Origin: an uncultured Sulfitobacter sp.
GTDB lineage: Bacteria; Pseudomonadota; Alphaproteobacteria; Rhodobacterales; Rhodobacteraceae
Direction of reading: 5' to 3'
NCBI GenBank assembly: GCA_965363755.1
Contig: CBDTVL010000001.1
Location: 1-63,183 of the forward strand
Length of the DNA stretch: 63,183 bases
Each line of letters begins with the position of its first letter. Position 1 is the stretch's first letter. This document shows positions 9,973 to 19,442 of this stretch, piece after piece. The notes beneath the pieces are model-generated. The model ran no database searches, was not told the origin of the DNA, and worked only from the letters and a program-made list of their open reading frames with translations. The translations under genes and the position numbers were made by a program.

Positions 9973-10956
9973 TTATGCGACCGACAGTACAATCTTCCCG
10001 ATATGGCTGCCGCCCTCCATGCGCTCATGGGCGTCAACCGCCTCGGCCAGATCAAACTCGCTGTCGATGACTGGCGCAATCTGCCCCGCTTCCAGTAGCG
10101 GCCAAACCGCCTCTCGCAGGTCTGATGCGATCCGGGCTTTGGCCAGAGAACTTTGCGGGCGCAAGGTGCTGCCGGTGACAGTCAGTCGCCGCATCATGAT
10201 CTGGGCAAAGTTCAGTTTGACCTCAGGGCCTTGTAGGAACGCGATCTGTACCAGACGCCCGTCATCTGCAAGGGCACCGATATTCCGGGGGAGGTAGTCG
10301 CCGCCGACCATATCCAAAATCAGATTGGCGCCGCCTTGGGCCTTCAGAATCTCAACAAAATCGGTTTCTCGATAATTGATGGCCTGTTCGGCGCCCAAGG
10401 AGATACAGACTTCACATTTTGCCTGCGACCCTGCAGTTGCAAACACACGTGCGCCAAACGCATTGGCCAATTGAATTGCAGTGGTCCCGATGCCAGACGA
10501 GCCGCCATGCACCAGAAACCGCTCCCCTGCCACAAGCTGGCCGCGAATGAAGACATTGGAAAAAACAGTAAAATAGGTTTCAGGCAGGCACGCTGCTTGC
10601 TTTAAGTCCATGCCCTTGGGAATTGGCAAACAATGCGCCGCGGGAGTTGTCACGTATTCGGCATATCCACCACCGGGAAGCAGGGCACAGACTTCGTCGC
10701 CCAAGTTCCAATCCGAAACGCCCGGTCCGATGCCAGCGATAACACCCGAGGCCTCTAAGCCCGGGAGGTCGCTGGCGGTTGGCGGCGGGGCGTATGCGCC
10801 TGCGCGTTGCAATACATCTGGGCGATTGACCCCTGCATAAGCAACTTGGATCAATACGTCTTGGTATCCCGGCTCTGGGATCGGTCGGCTGGTCATCCGC
10901 AATACGTTAGGACCGCCCGGCTCGGTGATCTCTATCGCGCGCATGGTTCGGATCAT
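9973..10956 (-). CDS. NAD(P)H-quinone oxidoreductase, PIG3/zeta-crystallin family
   Basis: AGVNRPD, PGLEASG, HGGSSGIG, GSTLRP, HIGKIVL. Confidence 0.93.
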   Translation of the reverse strand: MIRTMRAIEITEPGGPNVLRMTSRPIPEPGYQDVLIQVAYAGVNRPDVLQRAGAYAPPPTASDLPGLEASGVIAGIGPGVSDWNLGDEVCALLPGGGYAEYVTTPAAHCLPIPKGMDLKQAACLPETYFTVFSNVFIRGQLVAGERFLVHGGSSGIGTTAIQLANAFGARVFATAGSQAKCEVCISLGAEQAINYRETDFVEILKAQGGANLILDMVGGDYLPRNIGALADDGRLVQIAFLQGPEVKLNFAQIMMRRLTVTGSTLRPQSSLAKARIASDLREAVWPLLEAGQIAPVIDSEFDLAEAVDAHERMEGGSHIGKIVLSVA

Positions 10957-11120
10957 CAGAACAGGCTCCTTGTTATTACGACCTGTCTAACAGTGCGCGG
11001 GCCTGCGCGAAACTACAGATCACAAATGCAAGTGAACATGTAAATCGGACCCTCTGCCAGCAACAAAAAATCGACGGCACTGTCCAGCGGCATTATTTCA
11101 TGCATCGCCCAATTCGGGGT

Positions 11121-11822
11121 TCAGTCATGTGGTCTGTTCCAACTGCCCGGCAGGTCATTATTGGGTTTTTTTGACGGTGCTCTGACTTTGCTGAGTGCCC
11201 AGAACGGTCCGGACAGAACACGCTTTAGAAAAGGGTTTTCGTTCACCTGCGCTTTGAATTTTTCAAACTGCATCACGTTCTCGATGCGGCGATCAAGGAA
11301 GGACCATGTGGCCTGATGCCCGATCGAATCGTCGCCAAGCCAATAAAGCACCGTCGAACTGTAGACAGCGCTCAAGGTCGCGCGTTTTGTGTACCAGTTC
11401 ACGTCGTCCGAGGTATCACCCAGCGCGTCCCAGATTTTGTCACAGGTGCCCCAAATTGCCTTGGCCCCGTCGGCTGCGTGATGAGGCAAAGCAAACAAGG
11501 TTGTGCCACGGCGCACGACCTCCTTGTCGTCTACTGCTTCGAGCCGGAATCGCACGGCAGCGGCGATTTTCTCGCGAATCTTCAAGGCTTGCATGTCGGT
11601 CGCCTTTATCCGCTCCAGCATGGTTTTGTCGCCTGCAGAATGAAAGGCTACCGCCAGATCGACCGCACCGCGAGGACAGGCGGTACGAGCAAGCGCGGCG
11701 TCCAAGCCACTATCCGATATTGCAGCCTTAAACGTCGCCTCAGACCACCCGTCAAACGGGACGTGGGTCAACGCAGCCTTTAGCAAAGCGGCAACTGGAT
11801 CATCGTTTGGTTTGGTGGACAT
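11121..11822 (-). CDS. COQ9 family protein (rpsU-divergently transcribed)
   Basis: VPFDGWS, GDTSDDVNWYTKRATL, FLDRRI; divergent from rpsU; ATG 11822 follows GGAGG. Confidence 0.9.
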   Translation of the reverse strand: MSTKPNDDPVAALLKAALTHVPFDGWSEATFKAAISDSGLDAALARTACPRGAVDLAVAFHSAGDKTMLERIKATDMQALKIREKIAAAVRFRLEAVDDKEVVRRGTTLFALPHHAADGAKAIWGTCDKIWDALGDTSDDVNWYTKRATLSAVYSSTVLYWLGDDSIGHQATWSFLDRRIENVMQFEKFKAQVNENPFLKRVLSGPFWALSKVRAPSKKPNNDLPGSWNRPHD

Positions 11823-11851
11823 GGCGGCCTCCTGCAGTGTCTTGTCGATAC

Positions 11852-11880
11852 TAGACAACATAACGGGGCTTTGCTATATG
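11852..11880 (+). promoter_or_regulatory. Putative sigma70 promoter of rpsU
   Basis: TAGACA-N17-TATATG. Confidence 0.55.
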
Positions 11881-11932
11881 GCCAATTCCTGCAAATCATT
11901 GCAACTCATACTAGAAAGGTGGTGAAAACCAC

Positions 11933-12139
11933 ATGCAGGTTAGTGTTCGTGACAACAATGTCGATCAGGCCCTTCGGGCTCTGAAGAAAAAACTCCAGCG
12001 CGAAGGTGTGTTTCGTGAAATGAAGCTTAAGCAACATTTCGAGAAACCGTCCGAGAAAAAAGCGCGTGAGAAGGCAGAAGCGATCCGTCGTGCCCGTAAA
12101 CTGGCACGCAAGAAGATCCAGCGCGAAGGCATGATGTAA
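11933..12139 (+). CDS. rpsU: 30S ribosomal protein S21
   Basis: [25 protein letters not shown]...FEKPSE. Confidence 0.98.
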   Translation: MQVSVRDNNVDQALRALKKKLQREGVFREMKLKQHFEKPSEKKAREKAEAIRRARKLARKKIQREGMM

Positions 12140-12170
12140 ATCATCCCGGCTGTTATCCAAGAGTAGATTT

Positions 12171-12202
12171 AACCCCGTATGTCCATGGATCTGCGGGGTT
12201 TT
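12171..12202 (+). terminator. Rho-independent terminator after rpsU
   Basis: AACCCCG...CGGGGTTTT hairpin. Confidence 0.65.
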
Positions 12203-12502
12203 CTCGTCTTTAGGAGAGTGTATTGGAACTTCTCCGCCCCCAACAGCTCAAATCGCAGCAGCCTGTCGACGACAGGGGAGATCGCTGGAGGTGAGGTCTT
12301 ACCTTAGACTTGTCAACAGATGGCTATCGGCCGCAACTGCATTTGTTTTCGCAAGATCGTTCTCCCGCGGAGGCCATCGCTCAGACGAAAAAGTTAATGC
12401 AATGCTGTATCTGGGCCATGTCGAAGCATCTTGTCCCGGAAAATGAAGGCCGGTGGCAATCCCAACCCTGTTGTTCCCATCTGACTGGCTCAGCGCCAAT
12501 TC

Positions 12503-13132
12503 CTATCTAACAGCCTCGAATACGGCCCTATTCAATTTGCAATCGCGCACCACATCCTGACCACAGGGAACAGGTGTCAGATCGCGCGAGAAACATAAGC
12601 GCGCCTCTTCAATATAACCGTCTTTGCAAGTGATTGTGATCATATCCGGCTCCAGACCGGGGTTGTCTTTCAGGAAGGCCTCTTCCACAACCGTCGCGGG
12701 CAGTTTAACGGCATTGTTCAGACTGCGAAACACGGCGGGGCGCACCACCGCTCCATAAGCTTGGCGTGAAAGATCATAATAGTCAGCGGCCGAGAGACCC
12801 GAACATACCCCGTGTTTGCGCCATTGGTGCCAGGCCAGACCGCTGGTTCCCATAATGTCTGACATCGCATTTGTCATTGACCGGGTTGGAGCAGGCTCAG
12901 CGGTGCGGCAATAGTTCGGATACCCCTTATGGTATTGGGGCCAGAGCCCATGCAATATCCATCCATGATCATTGTGCGCATCGCATTGATCCGACCCACG
13001 CGCATCGCCGTTCCGGGCGCACCAGTTAGGCGACCAACTGAGCGCCAGTACGTAATAGTCAAATTTTCCGGGCTTACCGTCGCCCGCCCAAACGGTCGAG
13101 GCAGACAATATCCAGATCAACAGCCAGCGCAT
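12503..13132 (-). CDS. Ribonuclease T2 family protein (exported)
   Basis: YYVLALSWSP, LHGLWP (CAS I), HQWRKHGVC (CAS II); signal peptide. Confidence 0.93.
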   Translation of the reverse strand: MRWLLIWILSASTVWAGDGKPGKFDYYVLALSWSPNWCARNGDARGSDQCDAHNDHGWILHGLWPQYHKGYPNYCRTAEPAPTRSMTNAMSDIMGTSGLAWHQWRKHGVCSGLSAADYYDLSRQAYGAVVRPAVFRSLNNAVKLPATVVEEAFLKDNPGLEPDMITITCKDGYIEEARLCFSRDLTPVPCGQDVVRDCKLNRAVFEAVR

Positions 13133-13258
13133 TCTACTCTTCCCTTATCGCACGACCCCGACTATATAGCCTCTAAGTTCCCCGACAATGGTAACCCGTC
13201 CTGACCCTCAGGGCCGCCTTTACAGGCAACGGGGAAGATATGCGCAAGGAGACGTGAC

Positions 13259-14008
13259 ATGGCAAAACCGATTATGGCAAAGGCAACTGCCGTCTGGCTG
13301 GTTGATAACACAACTCTCAGCTTCAAGCAGATTGCTGATTTTGTCGAAATGCACGAGTTGGAAGTGCAGGGCATCGCTGATGGGGACGTCGCCACAGGCG
13401 TAAAGGGCTTTGATCCGATCACCAACAACCAGCTGACGCAGGAACATATTACCAAAGCCGAAGCGAACCCGTCGCTTAGACTTGAGTTAAAGTTCAACGC
13501 CGCTGCCGTCGGCGAAGAAAAACGTCGCGGACCGCGTTATACGCCGCTGTCCAAACGCCAGGATCGTCCTGCATCCATCCTGTGGCTGGTAAAGTTCCAC
13601 CCCGAACTGACAGACGCTCAGGTGTCAAAACTGGTCGGAACAACCAAACCAACTATTCAGGCAATCCGCGAGCGGACTCATTGGAACATCTCCAACATTC
13701 AGCCGATTGATCCGGTCGCTCTTGGATTGTGCAAACAGTCCGAACTGGACGCTGCGGTTCAGAAAGCCGCCGCGAAAAAGGCCGCGAGCGGCGAAGTGAT
13801 GAGCGATGATGAGCGCCGCAAGCTCGTCAGCACAGAACAGTCGCTAGGCGGCGATCCCGAACCAAAAATGCCAACAGCTATTGAAGGTCTCGAAACATTT
13901 TCTCTGAGCGGGTCGGCTGACGATGACGAAGAAGAAGAGTTGCTGGTCGATGCCGATAGTCTGTTCAATTTGCCTGATCCCGGCCCTGATGACGAAAACA
14001 AAGTCTAA
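13259..14008 (+). CDS. trcR: DUF1013 family cell-cycle transcriptional regulator TrcR
   Basis: KATAVWLVDNT, RYTPLSKRQDRP, GTTKPTI..IRERTHWN, DPVALGLC; acidic tail. Confidence 0.85.
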   Translation: MAKPIMAKATAVWLVDNTTLSFKQIADFVEMHELEVQGIADGDVATGVKGFDPITNNQLTQEHITKAEANPSLRLELKFNAAAVGEEKRRGPRYTPLSKRQDRPASILWLVKFHPELTDAQVSKLVGTTKPTIQAIRERTHWNISNIQPIDPVALGLCKQSELDAAVQKAAAKKAASGEVMSDDERRKLVSTEQSLGGDPEPKMPTAIEGLETFSLSGSADDDEEEELLVDADSLFNLPDPGPDDENKV

Positions 14009-14269
14009 TGACGGTTATCACGCTGATTCTACTTAAAGCTTAGTCTGCCACGTAGCCCAAGTGGGGCTATCAAGTATCGATTGTGTCAATTGTTGGCCAC
14101 AATGTCGGTCAAAGAATGGCATTGGTTCCAAATAGTGGTGGAATAGTCTTTAAAATCACGGATTTATAGACTATTTCTCGGCCCTCATTTATCGTTCTGC
14201 TCAGGCGTTTTTTGGGGGCAAACTCATAGAGTCCGGCGCGCTAAAGCATCGTGAATTAAAACTGGAAAT

Positions 14270-14872
14270 GTGAAGACAATGAAGATTACTCAACTTATAG
14301 CTGCTGTCCTGGTCCTCGGAACGGCAGGCGGAGCGGCGCTTGCAGCAACCGCGGCATTCACTGAGGGCCGCCGAGACACTGTGGCAGGATCCAAAAACAT
14401 TGAGCGTGACGTCCGTGGGAGTGTAAACAGCCAGGCTCCTGGTTTTAGAATTACTAAGAAAGGGCGCTACCTGGGCGACGGATCTCTTTCACAAATTGAT
14501 GTACACGGCGTGATAGTTAACCGGCAAGACAGCTTCAGTTTTAGAGCGAAGTCCGCGTTTTCGGTCTCGTTCATTGGCGCAGGGTTTGAAAGCAAAAATC
14601 CAAGTAATAGCAACTCAACATTGTTTACACTTACTAAATTGAACGGTCAGCCCAACTCAATATCGCGCCAACTTTCGACAGGTGATCCCCTCGGACGACT
14701 GAACCTTTCCGGTGGTCCTGGCAGGTACAAGTTGACACTTTCCGGAAACGGCGGCGCGGCTCTCTACGATCTGCGTATTGCAGTGGTGCCGCTGCCGGCG
14801 ACAGGTTTCATGCTGTTATTCGCCGTTGGTGGCCTCGCCATGATGCGCAAGCAAAAAAGCAAGACATCTTAG
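14270..14872 (+). CDS. VPLPA-CTERM sorting-domain surface protein
   Basis: Signal peptide; C-terminal VVPLPA + TM helix + basic tail RKQKSK. Confidence 0.88.
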   Translation: MKTMKITQLIAAVLVLGTAGGAALAATAAFTEGRRDTVAGSKNIERDVRGSVNSQAPGFRITKKGRYLGDGSLSQIDVHGVIVNRQDSFSFRAKSAFSVSFIGAGFESKNPSNSNSTLFTLTKLNGQPNSISRQLSTGDPLGRLNLSGGPGRYKLTLSGNGGAALYDLRIAVVPLPATGFMLLFAVGGLAMMRKQKSKTS

Positions 14873-14904
14873 TCCTTCAGTCTGATTGCTGATCAGAACA
14901 ATTT

Positions 14905-14938
14905 GACACTTGGCGCATGATTGCGCCGGGTGTTTTTT
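14905..14938 (+). terminator. Rho-independent terminator between convergent genes
   Basis: ACACTTGGCGCA-TGAT-TGCGCCGGGTGT followed by a T run. Confidence 0.7.
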
Positions 14939-14941
14939 GTT

Positions 14942-15535
14942 TCAGAGCCGTTTTCGCGCCTTGAGGGCTGCAGAAATTGTCCCGTCATCCAGATAGTCCA
15001 GCTCACCGCCAATCGGCACTCCCTGCGCCAGCGACGTCAGCTCGACCGATCCTTCCAACTGATCGGCGATGTAGTGCGCTGTGGTCTGCCCGTCGACAGT
15101 CGCATTAAGCGCAAGGATCACTTCTGAGATATTTTCGGTACGCACACGGTCTATCAGGCGTGGGATGCGCAACGTATCCGGTCCCACTGCGTCCAGTGCT
15201 GAGAGAGTTCCGCCGAGCACATGGTAGCGCCCCTTGAACACGCCTGAGCGTTCCATCGCCCAGAGGTCGGCGACATCTTCGACCACGCAAAGCTCGCCAT
15301 TGCTGCGTTTTTCCGACGTGCAGATATCGCAAATATCCTCGGTTCCGACATTGCCGCAATTGAGGCATTCGCGTGCGGTTGCAGCCACCACCTGCATCAC
15401 GTCAGCCAATGGCGTAAGCAGCAGCGCGCGTTTGCGGATTAGGTGGAGCACCGCCCGTCTGGCCGACCGAGGGCCGAGGCCAGGTAATTTTGCCATTAAT
15501 TCGATGAGCGTGTCGATGTCCTTGGTGCTGCTCAA
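14942..15535 (-). CDS. recR: Recombination mediator RecR
   Basis: [11 protein letters not shown]hH, C4 zinc finger, Toprim, [12 protein letters not shown]. Confidence 0.97.
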   Translation of the reverse strand: MSSTKDIDTLIELMAKLPGLGPRSARRAVLHLIRKRALLLTPLADVMQVVAATARECLNCGNVGTEDICDICTSEKRSNGELCVVEDVADLWAMERSGVFKGRYHVLGGTLSALDAVGPDTLRIPRLIDRVRTENISEVILALNATVDGQTTAHYIADQLEGSVELTSLAQGVPIGGELDYLDDGTISAALKARKRL

Positions 15536-15639
15536 ATCGGTGTGCCTTTGGGGGTTCTAATTGCAGGGGTGTGCGACATCGCAGGATTTCATCAAGGTCT
15601 CACTTTGTCACACCAAGCGAGTTTGGGAAAACCGCCGTC

Positions 15640-15984
15640 TTAAAACGGCAGCTTCATATCTTTTGGCAGCCCCATGCCCTCGGTGAGTTTACCCATCTCT
15701 TCTTGTGCCTTGTCCGAGGCCTTGCCCTGTGCGTCTTTGATGGCGGCAAGGATCAGATCTTCGACCACTTCCTTATCGTCACCGTTGAAAATCGACGGGT
15801 CAATATCGAGGGTTTTCAACTCGCCCTTGGCAGTGCACGTCGCTTTGACCAGACCGGCGCCGGATTCACCGGTGACCATGATGTTGTGCATGTCTTCCTG
15901 CAATGTTGCCATCTTGCCTTGCATTTCCTGCGCGGCCTTCATCATCTTGGCCATATCACCCATGCCGCCTAGTCCTTTGAGCAT
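15640..15984 (-). CDS. ybaB: YbaB/EbfC nucleoid-associated protein
   Basis: GESGAGLV, EDLILAA; lies between dnaX and recR. Confidence 0.95.
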   Translation of the reverse strand: MLKGLGGMGDMAKMMKAAQEMQGKMATLQEDMHNIMVTGESGAGLVKATCTAKGELKTLDIDPSIFNGDDKEVVEDLILAAIKDAQGKASDKAQEEMGKLTEGMGLPKDMKLPF

Positions 15985-16140
15985 TTCGTCATCTCCTGTT
16001 CATTCAATGTTAGGTTCAGAGATACGCGCGGGTGCAGGGTGTCACAAGGGGTTGGCCAGATTTTGAGCCATATGCTGTGCGCGACTTCGCCAAAACGCGG
16101 GTATTGTTGCCGTGTGGCGGGCGGCCATTTTTCTGACAAC

Positions 16141-17889
16141 TCATCCGTCCTCGAACGGATCCCATTCGTCTTCTACTTCGGGCAGAGACTCAATTTGGGC
16201 ATCTGCCGTAATCTGATCGGGTGTACGAATGCCAGTAATTCGCGCGTTGGGGAACTGAGCAAGGACTGCCTGCACCAAAGGGTGCGCCTCGGCCTGGGCC
16301 TTTAGAGCGTTGCCAGCGGCGTCGCGGAGTTGGGCGATGGTTTCAGCACCACCGTCGTTCACGACTGTCACGGCCCATCTGTTGCCCGTCCAGAGTTGTA
16401 ACCTCGCACCCAGTCTTTGGGCCAGATCACGCGGCGCAGAGTCGGTGGGGACAAATTCGATACGACCCGGTTGATAACTGACAAGTTGCACACCGGTTTC
16501 GACTTCGACCAGCAGCTTGACGTCACGGTTTGTGCGGATCAGTTCGACGACATGGTCAAAGCTTGGATAGCGGGCCAGCGCCAGATCTGCTTGCGGCGCA
16601 ATTGCTGTGACTGTTCCACTTCCTCCGTTACCGCTGCTAGGGGGAGTCGCAACAGCCTGGGTTCCTGCATCAGCAGTCGGGGGTTGAACAGTCTGACCTC
16701 CGCGTGGCGGCGTCGGTGGAACAGGGGTATTTTGTAAATTGCGAACCAGATCTTCGGGCGACGGAAGATCTGCAACATGGGTCAACCTAATGATTGCCAT
16801 CTCGGCGGCCATCATTGCGTTTGGTGCAGCGGCCACTTCGTCCAGCGATTTCAGCAGCATCTGCCACATCCGCGTCATCACCCGCATCGGCAGTTCTTTG
16901 GCCATCTGCAACCCGCGCACCCGCTCGTCCGGGTTGATGGTCGGGTCGTCTGCGGCGTCCGGGGTAATTTTTACAACCGAGATCCAGTGGGTGATTTCGG
17001 CCAGATCCCGCAACACGGCCATCGGATCTGCGCCGTCGGCATATTGTCCGCTGAGTTCGGTCAGGGCGCCTGCGGCGTCTCCGCGCATAATCATGTCAAA
17101 AAGATCCAGCACTCGGCCGCGATCGGCAAGGCCCAGCATGGCGCGTACTTGATCTGCTGTTGTTTCGCCTGCGCCGTGCGATATCGCCTGATCCAGCAGG
17201 GAGGTCGCATCGCGCGCTGACCCTTCGGCGGCACGGGTGATCAGCGCAAGGGCGTCAGCTGTTATTTCTGCCCCTTCAGACGCCGCGATCCTGCGCATCA
17301 TCGCAATCATGTCTTCAGGTTCGATCCGACGCAGATCAAAGCGCTGGCAGCGCGACAGGACGGTGACCGGAACTTTGCGGATCTCGGTGGTGGCAAAGAT
17401 GAATTTGACGTGGGCAGGCGGCTCCTCCAACGTCTTCAAAAGCGCGTTGAACGCCGAGGTGGACAGCATGTGCACCTCGTCAATGATGTAGATTTTGTAA
17501 CGCGCTGAGGCGGCGCGGTAATGCACTGAATCGATGATTTCACGAATGTCGCCGACGCCAGTGCGACTGGCAGCGTCCATTTCCATCACGTCGACATGGC
17601 GGCCTTCCATGATGGCCACGCAGTTTTCGCATTTCCCGCAAGGTTCGGTTGTCGGACCTCCGGTGCCGTCGGGCCCAACACAGTTGATGCCTTTGGCGAT
17701 GATTCTCGCGGTTGTGGTTTTGCCGGTCCCGCGAATGCCGGTCATGATGAAGGCCTGCGCGATTCTGTCCGCCTCAAACGCGTTTTTCAACGTACGCACC
17801 ATTGCATCCTGCCCGACCAGATCAACAAATGTTTCGGGGCGGTATTTGCGGGCAAGAACGCGATAGGCTTGGGGTGTGTCTTGGCTCAT
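16141..17889 (-). CDS. dnaX: DNA polymerase III subunit gamma/tau
   Basis: LARKYRP, GTGKTT, DEVHMLS, SRCQRF; start placed at MSQDTPQ. Confidence 0.97.
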   Translation of the reverse strand: MSQDTPQAYRVLARKYRPETFVDLVGQDAMVRTLKNAFEADRIAQAFIMTGIRGTGKTTTARIIAKGINCVGPDGTGGPTTEPCGKCENCVAIMEGRHVDVMEMDAASRTGVGDIREIIDSVHYRAASARYKIYIIDEVHMLSTSAFNALLKTLEEPPAHVKFIFATTEIRKVPVTVLSRCQRFDLRRIEPEDMIAMMRRIAASEGAEITADALALITRAAEGSARDATSLLDQAISHGAGETTADQVRAMLGLADRGRVLDLFDMIMRGDAAGALTELSGQYADGADPMAVLRDLAEITHWISVVKITPDAADDPTINPDERVRGLQMAKELPMRVMTRMWQMLLKSLDEVAAAPNAMMAAEMAIIRLTHVADLPSPEDLVRNLQNTPVPPTPPRGGQTVQPPTADAGTQAVATPPSSGNGGSGTVTAIAPQADLALARYPSFDHVVELIRTNRDVKLLVEVETGVQLVSYQPGRIEFVPTDSAPRDLAQRLGARLQLWTGNRWAVTVVNDGGAETIAQLRDAAGNALKAQAEAHPLVQAVLAQFPNARITGIRTPDQITADAQIESLPEVEDEWDPFEDG

Positions 17890-18046
17890 GAGTCCATCTG
17901 TCGGATTCGGGATCAAGGCCGGAGGGTAAAGCGAGGCGAGCGCGGCGTCCACCAGCTTCGCGTGAGAAAAGGTCAATCGTTTCCTCTTCGCCTCGGCCTC
18001 GTGTCGGGCTAAGCTAAAAGCTGAACACAGGCGTCAGGAGATTGAA

Positions 18047-18877
18047 ATGCGTTTGCGAGGTGTGAAATCCAGTCGTAACGTCGATGACCGCCGTCGATCC
18101 GGCGCAGGTAAAGCTGGCGGTATTGGCGGTGTCGGACTCCTGTTGGTACTCGCAATCGGCTATTTCGCCGGCATTGATGTAACGCCTTTGCTGAACCAGA
18201 CAGCTGCCCCGGCCCAGACCCAGGCCACAAGCGCTGAGCAGGATCAGGCGGCGGAGTTTTCAACCAGAGTGCTGGCCACAACAGAACAGGTCTGGGGCCA
18301 GATATTTGCGCAACAGTTAAACCGAACGTATCAACCTCCGGTGCTGGTGCTCTATTCAGGCGTAACCCAAAGCCCCTGTGGGGGTGCATCGGGCGCTACA
18401 GGCCCGTTTTATTGCCCTGCCGACCAAAAAGCTTATCTGGACACGGAATTCTTTGTCACCCTTTCGCGTCAGATGGGGGCCAAGGGCGATTTTGCCGCCG
18501 CTTATGTCATTGCGCATGAAGTAGCACATCATGTGCAAAACCTAATCGGAATACTTGGTCCCGTCGATCAGCGTCGTCGACAAGTGTCACAGACAGAAGC
18601 CAATGGGCTGACGGTGCGATTGGAATTGCAGGCTGATTGCCTGGCCGGCGTCTGGGCCCGGTCCGTCCAGGGGCTACTCGAACGCGGCGACCTTGAGGAA
18701 GCGTTGAACGCGGCGCGCCGCATTGGAGATGATCATTTGCAAAGGCAGGCGGGGCAGGTGCCGCAACCACATACGTTTACGCATGGCACCTCAGAGCAGC
18801 GTTCGCGCTGGTTCGCGCGCGGCTATGATAGCGGCAATATCTCGGAATGTGACAGTTTTGGCGCGCGCAGCCTGTAG
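18047..18877 (+). CDS. Neutral zinc metallopeptidase, YpfJ family
   Basis: S.NVDDRR N-terminus, GPFYCPAD, HEVAHHVQ, ELQADCLAG, FTHGTSEQR. Confidence 0.92.
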   Translation: MRLRGVKSSRNVDDRRRSGAGKAGGIGGVGLLLVLAIGYFAGIDVTPLLNQTAAPAQTQATSAEQDQAAEFSTRVLATTEQVWGQIFAQQLNRTYQPPVLVLYSGVTQSPCGGASGATGPFYCPADQKAYLDTEFFVTLSRQMGAKGDFAAAYVIAHEVAHHVQNLIGILGPVDQRRRQVSQTEANGLTVRLELQADCLAGVWARSVQGLLERGDLEEALNAARRIGDDHLQRQAGQVPQPHTFTHGTSEQRSRWFARGYDSGNISECDSFGARSL

Positions 18878-19095
18878 CTGGGACAAGTGTGAATGACTTT
18901 GGTGCAGTCAGGCGCCGGGGTTGACCCGACGGGGGCGCATTCTGCGCCATTACATTATTTGCTCCGGCCCCCAGGGCCTTCGGGCGTCAGGAATTGATGT
19001 GCGGCATCCCGGATTGGGTTGATTTTAGGTTAAGGCCCGGTTGAAAATCAACCTTGCGCGTCTTCCGCCGAAATACCTTCAGAGCTTTTACTGGG

Positions 19096-19190
19096 GTGAG
19101 AGGCTGACAACGACCCAAGCGGGGCTCGTTATGGCTGCTTCCTTCCGGATCTGACCAGGTTGGCGAGGTGCCTGCCCGCGCCAACCTCTC
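19096..19190 (-). ncRNA. ffs: Signal recognition particle RNA (4.5S, small type)
   Basis: Minus strand reads GAGAGGTTGGC...CCTGGTCAGATCCGGAAGGAAGCAGCCA...GTCAGCCTCTC: conserved domain IV with GGAA loop and paired termini. Confidence 0.95.
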
Positions 19191-19197
19191 AATATCG

Positions 19198-19226
19198 GAT
19201 ATAGGCGTGGTCGAATGGATTCGCAA
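19198..19226 (-). promoter_or_regulatory. Putative sigma70 promoter of ffs
   Basis: TTGCGA-N17-TATATC, 7 nt before the SRP RNA 5' end. Confidence 0.6.
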
Positions 19227-19442
19227 GCGATGCCGCGTGTAGCAGTTATAATAACGCAGACCCGCGGAGATCCCCAATTTGAAGCGCCAGATCAAAAGCG
19301 CAGATCAATGCGCACGGATCAAATCAGGTACGTGACGCCGATTTGGTTCTTGGGTTCGGTCCATCATAAAGGCGGGTGCCATTGCGCGAAATCGAGGGGC
19401 ATGTCATTGCGTCACAAAAGACCAGCATGACAGGGGCAGGGC

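Noticed and set aside
12203..12502. Possible sRNA or small ORFs between rpsU and RNase T2
   Set aside because: No promoter/terminator pair or recognisable structure; ORFs lack RBS and motifs
16141..17889. Programmed -1 frameshift in dnaX producing the gamma subunit
   Set aside because: No A-AAA-AAG-type slippery site seen in the linker region
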